This document shows, in pieces, positions 1 through 8,829 of a stretch of DNA of 17,336 nucleotides (the first letter of the stretch is position 1; each line of letters opens with the position of its first letter). This stretch comes from Promethearchaeota archaeon (GTDB lineage: Archaea; Asgardarchaeota; Lokiarchaeia; Sigyniarchaeales; SOKP01). Below the pieces are notes generated by a model. It did not search any database, had not been told where the DNA came from, and saw only the letters and a list, made by a program, of their open reading frames with translations. The stretch is from positions 1 through 17,336 of the forward strand of contig JBHLOI010000066.1 of the NCBI GenBank assembly GCA_048940645.1. The letters are read 5' to 3'. The position numbers and the translations under genes are program-made.

Positions 1-280
1 TCATTTCACCTTTCTAATTAAAGTAATTTTCATTGATTTCTTGTGTAAGTCATAATGTAATAGTTTTATATTTAAACATTTCGATAATTTTACCAAATAA
101 AATGTGTTAAATCGTTTATAATATAGTTTGTATTGATCAAGCAGTGCAAATTTCATAGTGATGATTTAGTACATAGGAAAATTACCTTAATTATTATTTT
201 TGAATAACTAATAATGATATAATTAATAGATATTTCTTCATTATTAGAATTTAAATAACACTCTTAACTAAGAAATTATT

Positions 281-811
281 TTGTCTCAACAAAAAGATTT
301 TATAAATAAAGCGATCGAGTTTAAGAAAAAAAAGGAATTCAAGAATGCTATATATATTTTAGAATCACTTTTAGAAAATGATCCCCATTCTGAAATTGTT
401 AAAAGTGTTCTCGTTGAAGTTTTATTTGATTATGGAGGATATCTTAATGATGAGTGGGTGCTTGGCTATGAGCAAGCGGTTGAATGTTTCAAAAAAATAA
501 TTGAGATGGATCCAAATAATTATAGAGCATGGTATAATTTAGGTATTGCATACTTTAATCTAAATAAAACCGAAGATGCTTTAAATGCTTATAATCGAGC
601 ACTTGAAATAAAACCAGATTATATGTATTGTTATTATAATATTGGGTTATTATATGAAGCTAGTAATGGAGATTTAGAGAAAGCGTTAGAAAATTACGAA
701 AAAGCATTAACTTACAATGAGGACTTTGTTTATGCACTTCAAGCACGTGACATGGTTAGGAGAAAATTAGATATTTTAAAGCTGAATAATCTAAAACAAG
801 AAAAAGATTGA
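281..811 (+). CDS. Tetratricopeptide repeat (TPR) protein
   Basis: 176 aa, TTG start. TPR consensus segments: 'YEQAVECFKKIIEMDPNN', 'AWYNLGIAYFNLNKTEDALNAYNRALEIKPD', 'CYYNIGLLY...LEKALENYEKAL'. Confidence 0.9.
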   Translation: MSQQKDFINKAIEFKKKKEFKNAIYILESLLENDPHSEIVKSVLVEVLFDYGGYLNDEWVLGYEQAVECFKKIIEMDPNNYRAWYNLGIAYFNLNKTEDALNAYNRALEIKPDYMYCYYNIGLLYEASNGDLEKALENYEKALTYNEDFVYALQARDMVRRKLDILKLNNLKQEKD

Positions 812-841
812 AAAAAATGAGTTATCTTTTATTTAAGTTAA

Positions 842-2143
842 TTAGGCCTTAGGGTTTTCAAGTAATACTGCTATACCTTGTCCTCCCCCTATACAAGCGT
901 TAGCAATTCCATATTTACCACCTTTATCCTTTAGTATCCTCGCTAAAGTACCTGTAAGACGTACCATAGTGGAACCTAATGGATGACCAATTGCTGTTGC
1001 GCCTCCCATCACATTTACCCTTTCTTCGGGTATATTCAATTGTTTCATACAATTTAAGGTTACAATACAAAAAGCTTCATTTATCTCCCAATAATCAACA
1101 TCTTCAGCATTTAATCCAGCGTGTTTTAACGCCATTTGAGAAGCTGGCACAGGACCCCTTCCCATTACTGTTGGATCTACACCTGCCCAACCGAGTGATA
1201 TAATCTTTGCCATAGGTTCAAGACCTCTTTTTTCTGCTTCTTTTGCTTCCATGAGGAGTGCAGCAGTAGCACCTGCATTTAGAGGCGAGGAATTTCCAGG
1301 AGTTATTACACCTTCAGCTGTTCCCTCTCGATCTTTATAACCTTGCCTTCCTCCTAAATCTTCGCCATAAGCATTTGTTTTTAAATAGAAAGGTTTTGAA
1401 ATTCTACGTAATTGTGAAACCGTTGATAATTCAGATTTTCTTGCTGATAGATCTTTATCAATCATCGCTCTTTCGTCGGGATTACCTTCAATATGGCCCT
1501 CAATTGGTATAATTTCACCTTTAAACCAACCAGCTTCTTGATTTTCAATTGTTAAATTGTGACTTCTCACACCAAATTTATCCATATCCTCTTTTGTTAT
1601 GTAGGGACTTTCTTCTTCATAAAGCTTTTGTGCGGTTTGAAGCATATTAATGGTAGTTAAAATATCATATTGGGGACGATACCATTTATCTTTCTTACTA
1701 ATCATGCCTAAATTTGGCTTTATCCAATCATTTTGCATCGGAATTCGGGTCATATGCTCTACTCCTGTCGCTAATCCACATTTTGTGAAACCTGTCATAA
1801 TTTCCATAGCTATAAATTGAAGTCCTGCACCAGCGGACCCACATTGTTTATCAACAAAAAAGGCAGAAGTCTCAACTGGGAATTCTGACATAAAGAGTGG
1901 TAGTCGACCTCCATATGTCCAGCATTCATGTACTCCCATAGCAGTACCAACAGATAGTTCGTTAATATCTTTTTTTTCAATTCCTTTATTTGCTAGTTTT
2001 TCATTAAAAAATTTCATTAATAAGTGAGAAAGTAATTCATCGCCCCTTTGGTCTCCAAATGCATCACGTTCAGGTGCTCCTGGCCTTGAACGAGAAAAAG
2101 CTGTTCTGGCGTAATCGATAAGCCATACTTCTTTAGTTTCCAT
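842..2143 (-). CDS. Thiolase (acetyl-CoA C-acyl/acetyltransferase)
   Basis: Nucleophile motif 'KQCGS', plus 'GNSSPLNAGA', 'EINEAF', 'GHPLG' and 'ACIGGGQG'. SD-like GAGGT (minus strand) at 2154-2158. Confidence 0.95.
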   Translation of the reverse strand: METKEVWLIDYARTAFSRSRPGAPERDAFGDQRGDELLSHLLMKFFNEKLANKGIEKKDINELSVGTAMGVHECWTYGGRLPLFMSEFPVETSAFFVDKQCGSAGAGLQFIAMEIMTGFTKCGLATGVEHMTRIPMQNDWIKPNLGMISKKDKWYRPQYDILTTINMLQTAQKLYEEESPYITKEDMDKFGVRSHNLTIENQEAGWFKGEIIPIEGHIEGNPDERAMIDKDLSARKSELSTVSQLRRISKPFYLKTNAYGEDLGGRQGYKDREGTAEGVITPGNSSPLNAGATAALLMEAKEAEKRGLEPMAKIISLGWAGVDPTVMGRGPVPASQMALKHAGLNAEDVDYWEINEAFCIVTLNCMKQLNIPEERVNVMGGATAIGHPLGSTMVRLTGTLARILKDKGGKYGIANACIGGGQGIAVLLENPKA

Positions 2144-2353
2144 TTTAAATTATACCTCTTAATTTTTAATGAGTTTTTAATTTAATTCTGATAAATATTT
2201 TATTTTGCATTAAGAAATTATAAAGAGATATTAAAGTTTTTGATAATTTAAAACGTAAACCTTGACAATTATATTAATCTTTTTGATAATTTTTTACACT
2301 AGAATTAAGGATTTTTTAGAATTATTTTTATTATTAAAAATTTTAGATAAAAT

Positions 2354-2770
2354 ATGACTAATTCACGCATAGATAATAATAATAAAACACTAATTTCAAT
2401 AATTGCGGGTAGTACATCTGATAAAGAGGTTTATGAGAAGGCTGAAAAAATTTTAAAAGAGAACGGTATAACATACGATTTGCAAATAATTTCTGCTCAT
2501 CGAGATCCAGAAAAATTAGATGATTATTTAAAGTCTTGTAAAGCACTCGTTTACATTGCAGTTGCGGGTCTATCTGCTTCATTACCAGGAGTTATAGCAT
2601 CTAAAACGGACAAACCTGTCATTGGAGTTCCTGTTAGTGCTAAGTTGGGAGGATTAGATGCGTTATTATCAATTGTTCAGATGCCTCCTCGCGTTCCAGT
2701 TGCATGTGTGGGAATTGATATGGGTGATAATGCAGCTTATTTAGCCTTAAGAATTTTAAGTTTATTATAA
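2354..2770 (+). CDS. purE: N5-CAIR mutase / AIR carboxylase PurE
   Basis: 'GSTSD', 'SAHRDP', 'AGLSASLPG', 'PVIGVP', '[19 protein letters not shown]', 'NAA'. Short form lacking the C-terminal helix. Confidence 0.93.
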   Translation: MTNSRIDNNNKTLISIIAGSTSDKEVYEKAEKILKENGITYDLQIISAHRDPEKLDDYLKSCKALVYIAVAGLSASLPGVIASKTDKPVIGVPVSAKLGGLDALLSIVQMPPRVPVACVGIDMGDNAAYLALRILSLL

Positions 2771-2790
2771 TAAGGTTAGAGATGATTTAG

Positions 2791-3492
2791 ATGAGTGAAG
2801 ATTTAATAGAACTTGGAAAAAAAAAAGCTGCTATTAAAGCAGTAGAAGATAATGTTAAAAGCAATATGATTATTGGTATTGGTAGTGGTTCTACAATTGT
2901 ATATGCTGTAAGAAAAATCGCAGAATTAAATAAAGAAAATAATTTAAACTTAAAGTGTATTCCTTCTTCCTTTCAATCTTATCAATTAATTTTAGAAAAT
3001 GGATTGACTCTAGCTTCTCTCGATCAGTTCCATGAAATTGATTTAGATATTGATGGGGCTGATGAAATTGATAATAACCTAAATTTAATAAAGGGAGGAG
3101 GAGGTTGTTTGGTTCAAGAGAAAATTCTTGCCTCTAATTCAAAAAAATTGGTAATTATAGCAGACTTTAGAAAAAAATCAGAAAGTCTAGGAGAAAATTG
3201 GAGAAATGGCGTTCCAGTTGAAATTATCCCAATGGCATATACTCCCATTATGAAAAAAATGGAATTACTAGGGGGAAAACCTAAACTTAGAATGGCCAAA
3301 GCAAAATCTGGACCTTTAATAACTGATAATGGAAATTTTATCATAGATGTTGATTTTGGTATTATAAAAAACCCAATGGACCTGGAAAAAAAACTTTTAA
3401 GCATACCTGGAGTAGTGGATAATGGCCTCTTTATAAAAATGGCCTCAAAAGCTTATATAGGACGAAAAGATGGAACGGTTTTAGTTATTTAA
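2791..3492 (+). CDS. rpiA: Ribose-5-phosphate isomerase A
   Basis: 'GIGSGST', 'DGADE', 'KGGGG..VQEK', 'TDNGN', 'PGVVDNGLF'. Lies 20 bp after purE, so probably co-transcribed. Confidence 0.97.
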   Translation: MSEDLIELGKKKAAIKAVEDNVKSNMIIGIGSGSTIVYAVRKIAELNKENNLNLKCIPSSFQSYQLILENGLTLASLDQFHEIDLDIDGADEIDNNLNLIKGGGGCLVQEKILASNSKKLVIIADFRKKSESLGENWRNGVPVEIIPMAYTPIMKKMELLGGKPKLRMAKAKSGPLITDNGNFIIDVDFGIIKNPMDLEKKLLSIPGVVDNGLFIKMASKAYIGRKDGTVLVI

Positions 3493-3533
3493 AAACATTT
3501 AAAAAGCTAAATTAAAAATAAAAAAGAGGATAT

Positions 3534-6500
3534 TTAATCCTTAAATTGAAGTGATTTTCCACAATTTGGGCAGAAGTTTTTGAATGTCCCTAATTTGAAC
3601 CCACAGTAAGGACAAAAGGCTGAAGGTTGATAAAGCTTGTACTCCTGTGGCTTATATGGTTGATAATACTCATCTGGAGCTTCTGTAATCACCTTTTGCC
3701 GTGATTTCTTCATCTTCCTTAACACAATCATCAAGACTATTAAAACGCTTACTATTATTATAACTGCTATAATTAATGCTAAGACTAAATCAATAGGCAC
3801 TGGCCCCGGTCGAATATCAAGCAAAATGATAAATACATTAGTTCCACCATCACTATCTATTACAGTGATCCATAATACTGCTAAATATCCTTCATAAGTA
3901 TATTGATCAAAATTGGTTACTGTTGAAATTGATTTTATTCCGCTAATAGTTGAATATTGTATATTATAAGGAATTTCAAATGTTCCTTGGTGAATACCAG
4001 AACCACTTTGATAACTAAGTTCTGTCAGGAGAAATACATTTGGAAAAATTGGCAGAATATAACTATCTCCTCCAAATTGTGCAATAGTACCTATGAAAAA
4101 GTTAACAAACACACGCATATTAGAACTATCTTGATCTTCATACAAGACTGAATCATAAGTATCAACTCTGAAATCAATTGTATCCCCTTGAGCTACTCGA
4201 TACATATAACCTAATGATTGATCAAATGTTATTTCTACAGAATCATCAACTGAAAATGTTGAATTAAATTCATCAAATTCAGGAGGAGCATTTAGAATCG
4301 AAGATCTAAAGCGTTTTGAAAAAGGATTATAATAATTCGATGTTATATTTTTTGGTAGTATGTAACTTATTGCAAATCCCGCTGGATCGTTCATTGTAGG
4401 AATATAACTTATAGTATACATGGTTGATGGCGGTACATTGTTGAAGTTAAGCGTCTTATTCAAAGTTTTTCTATTATTAAAGAGAGGATGAGTAAGGTAA
4501 TATGATAGATCAATATAATCCACCCCATAAGAATATAAACTCAAAAATGCAGTAACATCATAATTTGCTTGATCTAACTGAGCCGTAATTGCCAAAGAAC
4601 CACCGTTTCTATGAAGTGAACTAGTCATCGTTAATGAATTTATCTGAGGCATTTTGCTAGAATCGTAATATAGGACTTTTGTTGTTTTACTGTATATTTG
4701 CGAACCTAAAGTTAAGTTTACAGTAATAACATAAGGTTTATCACTTGGATTAGGCAAACTGTAAGTATAATTTACAGCTATTCCATTGGAAAGTGAATTT
4801 AATACTATGTTCTCTAAATATCCATCATTCTCAATAGTTAAAGTCAAATTGGAATTTAATATAGAAGAAAGTATAGGAATATCTGTCATTTGATCTTTTG
4901 CATATACAGAAAAATTGATTTGAGGATTTGAAATCCATTCGGAATTTAGTGCTAATTTAATAGAGATATCCTCTTGACCAAAAAAGTATTCCATTAAATT
5001 CGTAAGTAAATTAGCGTGATCTTGTTGATAATTTGATTCTGTAAAAGAATTTGTTATCCAATGTAGATCACCAAATGCAACAAACTTCCCTTTCCCTGGA
5101 GATGACTCATCATAAACTGCCGCAACAGTTTTATCACCAATTGAAGCAATTGAGTCTGTATTTCCCAGAGTAGTGAATGTGTTTCCATAAGACCATGCAA
5201 ATTTCTCAACTCCATTAAAAATTATTGAAGAATTTAAATTATTAACATTTCCTGTGCTTGTTTGAAATCCAATACCTAACCAGGTAGTATAATCTATATT
5301 TTCCTCATTAATTTGAAGATCAAGCTGAAGATGATTAAATAATTCATTTAGATTCTCTGAACAAAGATCTTGATATCTTGTACCAAGGAAGAGAATATTG
5401 CCTCCAGTGTCAAAATATTTTTTAATGTTGCTCATCTCCAGTGAACTAAAAGGCAATATAGGATTCTGTAATACGACTAAGTCATATTGAGCTAACTTTT
5501 CTTCAGTTAATATAGAATTATCAGTATCTTTATTATAATAAGGCGTCCAATATTCTGCACCATAATCAATTGAAATATTTAATCCTGAAAGGTAATCCAT
5601 TGCTTCATAAAATCTCATTTGATAAAAAGAGAGTTCCGGAAACCAATCATTTAAACCATGGTATGATTCCATTAGTATTTTATATTCTGGTAGTTTTACA
5701 TTAATTGAAATCTCTAAGGAATCATATAGCGTAGATCCAGAAGTTATATTTAGTTCAAATGTTCTAATCCCAGGTGCAGCATCCTTATTTATTTTAATAT
5801 CAAGTGAAATAATACCAACGCTAACATTAGTAAACGAAACTTGAGATTTATCTAAAGAAATGGAGAGCCCATCAACATTAGTTGGGATATTTATATCATA
5901 TGTAATCCCTATGCCTGCAAGTAAAGTCAAATTGAATGTCTGATGATCACCTGGGAAATGTAATAAATCATATGGTTTGAGTGGTATCTCATCTGGAAAA
6001 ATTTTCGTAATATTATTTACATCTCCTTTTTCTAGGATATTTTGGTTTAGAATTTCTAATGATTTAGACACATTAATGATTCCAGCACCATATTTAAGGA
6101 AATTATGATCTGCTAATTTACTCGCTCCTTCTAATAAAGCAATCCTTGCAGTCCCAGGATTAATGGTTGGATAAGCATCTTTTAAGATTGCTAATGCTCC
6201 AGCTACCATGGGGCAAGACATACTTGTTCCACTTAGAGGGATATAATCTGCATCACCAGAGTAATCAAAGTATTCTTGTTTATAGCGTTGTTCATCAGAA
6301 ATCACTGAGTTTGGTGCTTCTGTCGAAATAATATCAACTCCTGGTGCTAGTACATCAGGAAACCCTATATAAGAATACGTAGGACCCCAACTACTAAAAG
6401 AAGCAAGTTCATTATTACTATCAGTAGCTCCTACGGAAATTACATAAGATCCTGAAGCGGGAGTTCCCCCAGTGAAGTAATCTGGGCCAGAATTACCTGC

Positions 6501-7523
6501 TGATGATACCAAGATTACTGCATAGTTTTGAGCAGCGCTCTCTATTGCTTTTGTAAAAGGTTCGCTTGGATCTGGGTTGCCACCTCCAAAACTCATAGAA
6601 ATAATATCTGCTTCAGCACCTCCACTAGCAGTGGGAAGAACAGACCAATCAATTGCATTAATAATATCGCCTTCTTCCAAATATCCCGCAGCATTTCCCG
6701 CTCTTGCACTAATTAATGATACCCCCGGAGCAACCCCTGTATATTCTCCACCTGAACTGCTTCCATCGCTACCGATTATCCCCGCACAATGTGTACCATG
6801 GCCATTCGTATCATTTATTTCAAATTGACTTTCCCCAAAGACAAAGTTTCGACTTAATATAAGATTTAAATCAGGATGATCATAAATACCAGAGTCTATT
6901 ACGGCAACTCTTACTCCAGAGCCATCATATGCTAGATTATCTGCATCTATAGCCGGAATCCACCAATTGGGATAATTTGCACTATTTAATACACTTGATT
7001 TTGGATTTGGGATAGAATCTAGCGTATAAAGTTTTGATTTATAGATCTTTTGAAGGAAACTAATTGCTTTTAATTGATCTGCTTTTGAAATTAATTCATT
7101 AGGATTGCAAGATAAATAAAGTCCTGGGATTATATCATAATTAGCGATTATTTCATAATTATCTAATACTGAATTAATTGCGTTAATTCTTTCTGATTTA
7201 TCAATTATGTCATCAAACAATAATATTATTTTTATATTTTCTTCGAGGATTTGTTCAAATGTAATGACCTTCAGGTATTTATCTAAATCTTCATCAAAAA
7301 TATTTCTATCAGGATCTAATTTTTGATTAGAAGATTTTGAAATTGATTGTAATTCCGAGGGTACACTTAACGATTTAAGTTTGATATTTAAATGTTCTCC
7401 AGAAATTGCATTTGGACTGAAGAAAGCATTGATTCCGAAAACCGGTGTTAATATAGTAATTAATAGTACTGTTGTAATAAGTAGTTTTTTTAGATTGATT
7501 ATAATTTTTTTCATAGATATCAA
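3534..7523 (-). CDS. Membrane-anchored subtilisin-family (S8) serine protease, Site-1 protease (MBTPS1)-like architecture, with a C-terminal TM helix and double zinc ribbon
   Basis: N-terminal signal peptide and prodomain (ATG at 7514 may be the real start). Catalytic D210 (DSG, 6894-6896), H242 (HGTHCAG, 6798-6800), oxyanion N344 (SAGN), S434 (GTSMS, 6222-6224). Then a beta-rich domain, a GIFT/DUF4350-like alpha/beta domain ('YDLVVLQNP..PFS..E..I..Y...GGNILFLG', 'GKFVAFGD'), further beta-rich domains, a TM helix 'LVLALIIAVIIIVSVLIVLMIVL' followed by basic residues, and a CPYC...CPNC tail. Confidence 0.9.
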   Translation of the reverse strand: MISMKKIIINLKKLLITTVLLITILTPVFGINAFFSPNAISGEHLNIKLKSLSVPSELQSISKSSNQKLDPDRNIFDEDLDKYLKVITFEQILEENIKIILLFDDIIDKSERINAINSVLDNYEIIANYDIIPGLYLSCNPNELISKADQLKAISFLQKIYKSKLYTLDSIPNPKSSVLNSANYPNWWIPAIDADNLAYDGSGVRVAVIDSGIYDHPDLNLILSRNFVFGESQFEINDTNGHGTHCAGIIGSDGSSSGGEYTGVAPGVSLISARAGNAAGYLEEGDIINAIDWSVLPTASGGAEADIISMSFGGGNPDPSEPFTKAIESAAQNYAVILVSSAGNSGPDYFTGGTPASGSYVISVGATDSNNELASFSSWGPTYSYIGFPDVLAPGVDIISTEAPNSVISDEQRYKQEYFDYSGDADYIPLSGTSMSCPMVAGALAILKDAYPTINPGTARIALLEGASKLADHNFLKYGAGIINVSKSLEILNQNILEKGDVNNITKIFPDEIPLKPYDLLHFPGDHQTFNLTLLAGIGITYDINIPTNVDGLSISLDKSQVSFTNVSVGIISLDIKINKDAAPGIRTFELNITSGSTLYDSLEISINVKLPEYKILMESYHGLNDWFPELSFYQMRFYEAMDYLSGLNISIDYGAEYWTPYYNKDTDNSILTEEKLAQYDLVVLQNPILPFSSLEMSNIKKYFDTGGNILFLGTRYQDLCSENLNELFNHLQLDLQINEENIDYTTWLGIGFQTSTGNVNNLNSSIIFNGVEKFAWSYGNTFTTLGNTDSIASIGDKTVAAVYDESSPGKGKFVAFGDLHWITNSFTESNYQQDHANLLTNLMEYFFGQEDISIKLALNSEWISNPQINFSVYAKDQMTDIPILSSILNSNLTLTIENDGYLENIVLNSLSNGIAVNYTYSLPNPSDKPYVITVNLTLGSQIYSKTTKVLYYDSSKMPQINSLTMTSSLHRNGGSLAITAQLDQANYDVTAFLSLYSYGVDYIDLSYYLTHPLFNNRKTLNKTLNFNNVPPSTMYTISYIPTMNDPAGFAISYILPKNITSNYYNPFSKRFRSSILNAPPEFDEFNSTFSVDDSVEITFDQSLGYMYRVAQGDTIDFRVDTYDSVLYEDQDSSNMRVFVNFFIGTIAQFGGDSYILPIFPNVFLLTELSYQSGSGIHQGTFEIPYNIQYSTISGIKSISTVTNFDQYTYEGYLAVLWITVIDSDGGTNVFIILLDIRPGPVPIDLVLALIIAVIIIVSVLIVLMIVLRKMKKSRQKVITEAPDEYYQPYKPQEYKLYQPSAFCPYCGFKLGTFKNFCPNCGKSLQFKD

Positions 7524-7648
7524 ATAACAAAATAGGTATTTATTTATATTTTTAATACTTCAAAAACCATAATTTTTTTTTAAGATTAATGATTAGTTTA
7601 TCTTACTGTCAGCTTTTCTTAACACTAAGGGGCTGTGGATTAGTGGAA

Positions 7649-7668
7649 AAAATTTAAATTTTCCATAA
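7649..7668 (+). other. tRNA intron in the D-loop (~20 nt)
   Basis: 4-bp helix GTGG/CCAT, 3-nt AAA bulge and an AAA/TTT intron stem. Splicing yields the D-loop AGTGGAA followed by GATC. The exact register is ambiguous by 1-2 nt because of the A run. Confidence 0.8.
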
Positions 7669-7706
7669 GATCGTTCGCTTGGCATGCGAAAGGCCGGGGG
7701 TTCAAT

Positions 7707-7736
7707 ACTCTACGGAATTTATCCGTGATATGGAAA
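7707..7736 (+). other. tRNA intron in the T-loop (~30 nt)
   Basis: 4-bp helix TTCA/TGGA, 3-nt AAT bulge next to the T-stem, and an internal hairpin TACGGA-ATTTA-TCCGTG. Cutting after the second bulge base yields the T-loop TTCAATT. Confidence 0.85.
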
Positions 7737-7851
7737 TCCCCCCAGCTCCACTATATATCTTGAGGTATTATAGATTTAATCTTAGATTTTAAAATTTTAA
7801 GAATAACATCAAGATATATATCTATTAGATATTTAGAACTATACTTAATAA

Positions 7852-7871
7852 CGTGAAATCGGTATTTCACG
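7852..7871. repeat. Perfect 8-bp inverted repeat between convergent tRNA and flavoprotein genes (possible terminator or protein-binding site)
   Basis: CGTGAAAT-cggt-ATTTCACG. Confidence 0.45.
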
Positions 7872-7902
7872 AAAATTACATAAATTTTACTCAGAGGATT
7901 CG

Positions 7903-8478
7903 CTAAATTAATTTTTGCCCAATTTTAAAGGCTCGATGCATAACTTCTGGTTTTTTATCTACGGTATCCTGTTCAGTTAAACCTACGTTAGGTACAATCA
8001 GCCGTTCAATCACCGGGATTTCTAAATTAACCATAACCACGTTTATAGGTTCTAAAGTTTCTTGAAATTTATCGGTACAACCTTGAACTATAATGATTCC
8101 CTTTTTCCCTTTAGGAACGCGAGATTGTTTATTCACATTCTTTTTTTCATCCACTTCATATATCAATTGACTATTGCAGAAACGATCCAACCAATTTTTC
8201 ATATAGCCTGTTACTGACCTTGTGGAAGAAGGGGTTGCTACAATTAGTAGGTTTGCGCCGAAAATATTTTTAAGATGTTCTTGAAATCCATCATCAATTG
8301 GGCAAACACCTGTTTCATAACATTCTCCGCACCAATTGCAGTAATCTAAATGTAGGTCTACTAGATGGATAATTTCACAAGAATGATTATTTTTTCTAGC
8401 TCCTCGGAATATTTGGTTAATTAATTTAACTGTGTTTCCATTTTTATGAGGACTACCATTAATAGCTAATATTTTCAC
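7903..8478 (-). CDS. Iron-sulfur flavoprotein / NADPH-dependent FMN reductase (flavodoxin-like fold)
   Basis: FMN loop 'INGSPHKNGNT', compact Cys motif CxxCxxCx5C (CNWCGECYETGVC), and 'ATP...VTGYMKNWLDR'. GTG start with upstream GGAG. Confidence 0.88.
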   Translation of the reverse strand: MKILAINGSPHKNGNTVKLINQIFRGARKNNHSCEIIHLVDLHLDYCNWCGECYETGVCPIDDGFQEHLKNIFGANLLIVATPSSTRSVTGYMKNWLDRFCNSQLIYEVDEKKNVNKQSRVPKGKKGIIIVQGCTDKFQETLEPINVVMVNLEIPVIERLIVPNVGLTEQDTVDKKPEVMHRAFKIGQKLI

Positions 8479-8829
8479 TTAAACATCTCCTAAATTACAT
8501 TCTATTAATTTTATTTATATAATAAATGCATTTTTAATTAATAACACTTTTAGCCTTTTCCCAACATAACTGAATTTTATGCATGAGAGATTTCACGAAT
8601 AGTACTGTAGAATATTTAGATTGAGTTATTATAACCAAGGAAGGCTGATGAGAATATGAATGTAGATAATAAGGTTGCAAATAAGACAATAATTATAATT
8701 ATGGATTTTTGGAAGAGAGAGATTCTCATTTTTTTCAAAATATTAAATTTAAAAGAAAATTAATAAAATTATTGTTTTATTTTTCTAACTTTCATTAATT
8801 AGAATAAAATCCTAGAATGTGTTTATGAG

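Larger units (their letters stand above)
7629..7750 (+). tRNA. tRNA-Ala(GGC) with two non-canonical introns (D-loop ~21/22, T-loop ~59/60); CCA not encoded
   Basis: Acceptor stem GGGGCTG/CAGCTCC with the Ala identity pair G3.U70 and A73. D-stem GATT/GATC. Anticodon stem TTCGC/GCGAA with loop TTGGCAT (GGC at 7681-7683). T-stem GGGGG/CCCCC. Removing ~7649-7668 and ~7707-7736 leaves a normal 72-nt cloverleaf. Confidence 0.92.

Noticed and set aside
1-15. Possible start of a minus-strand gene at the window edge (AAAGGTGAAATG)
   Set aside because: Only one codon is visible and the SD-to-ATG spacing is too short to support a call.
979-1203. 74-aa + strand ORF
   Set aside because: Antisense shadow inside the thiolase, with no motif.
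2358-3404. Minus-strand ORFs 2358-2582 and 3114-3404
   Set aside because: Antisense to the well-supported purE and rpiA genes.
3957-6828. + strand ORFs 3957-4151, 6528-6716 and 6577-6828
   Set aside because: Antisense shadows within the subtilase gene.
8657-8763. ~35-codon ORF (MNVDNKVANK...) in the divergent intergenic region
   Set aside because: Short and low-complexity, with no motif. Expected by chance.
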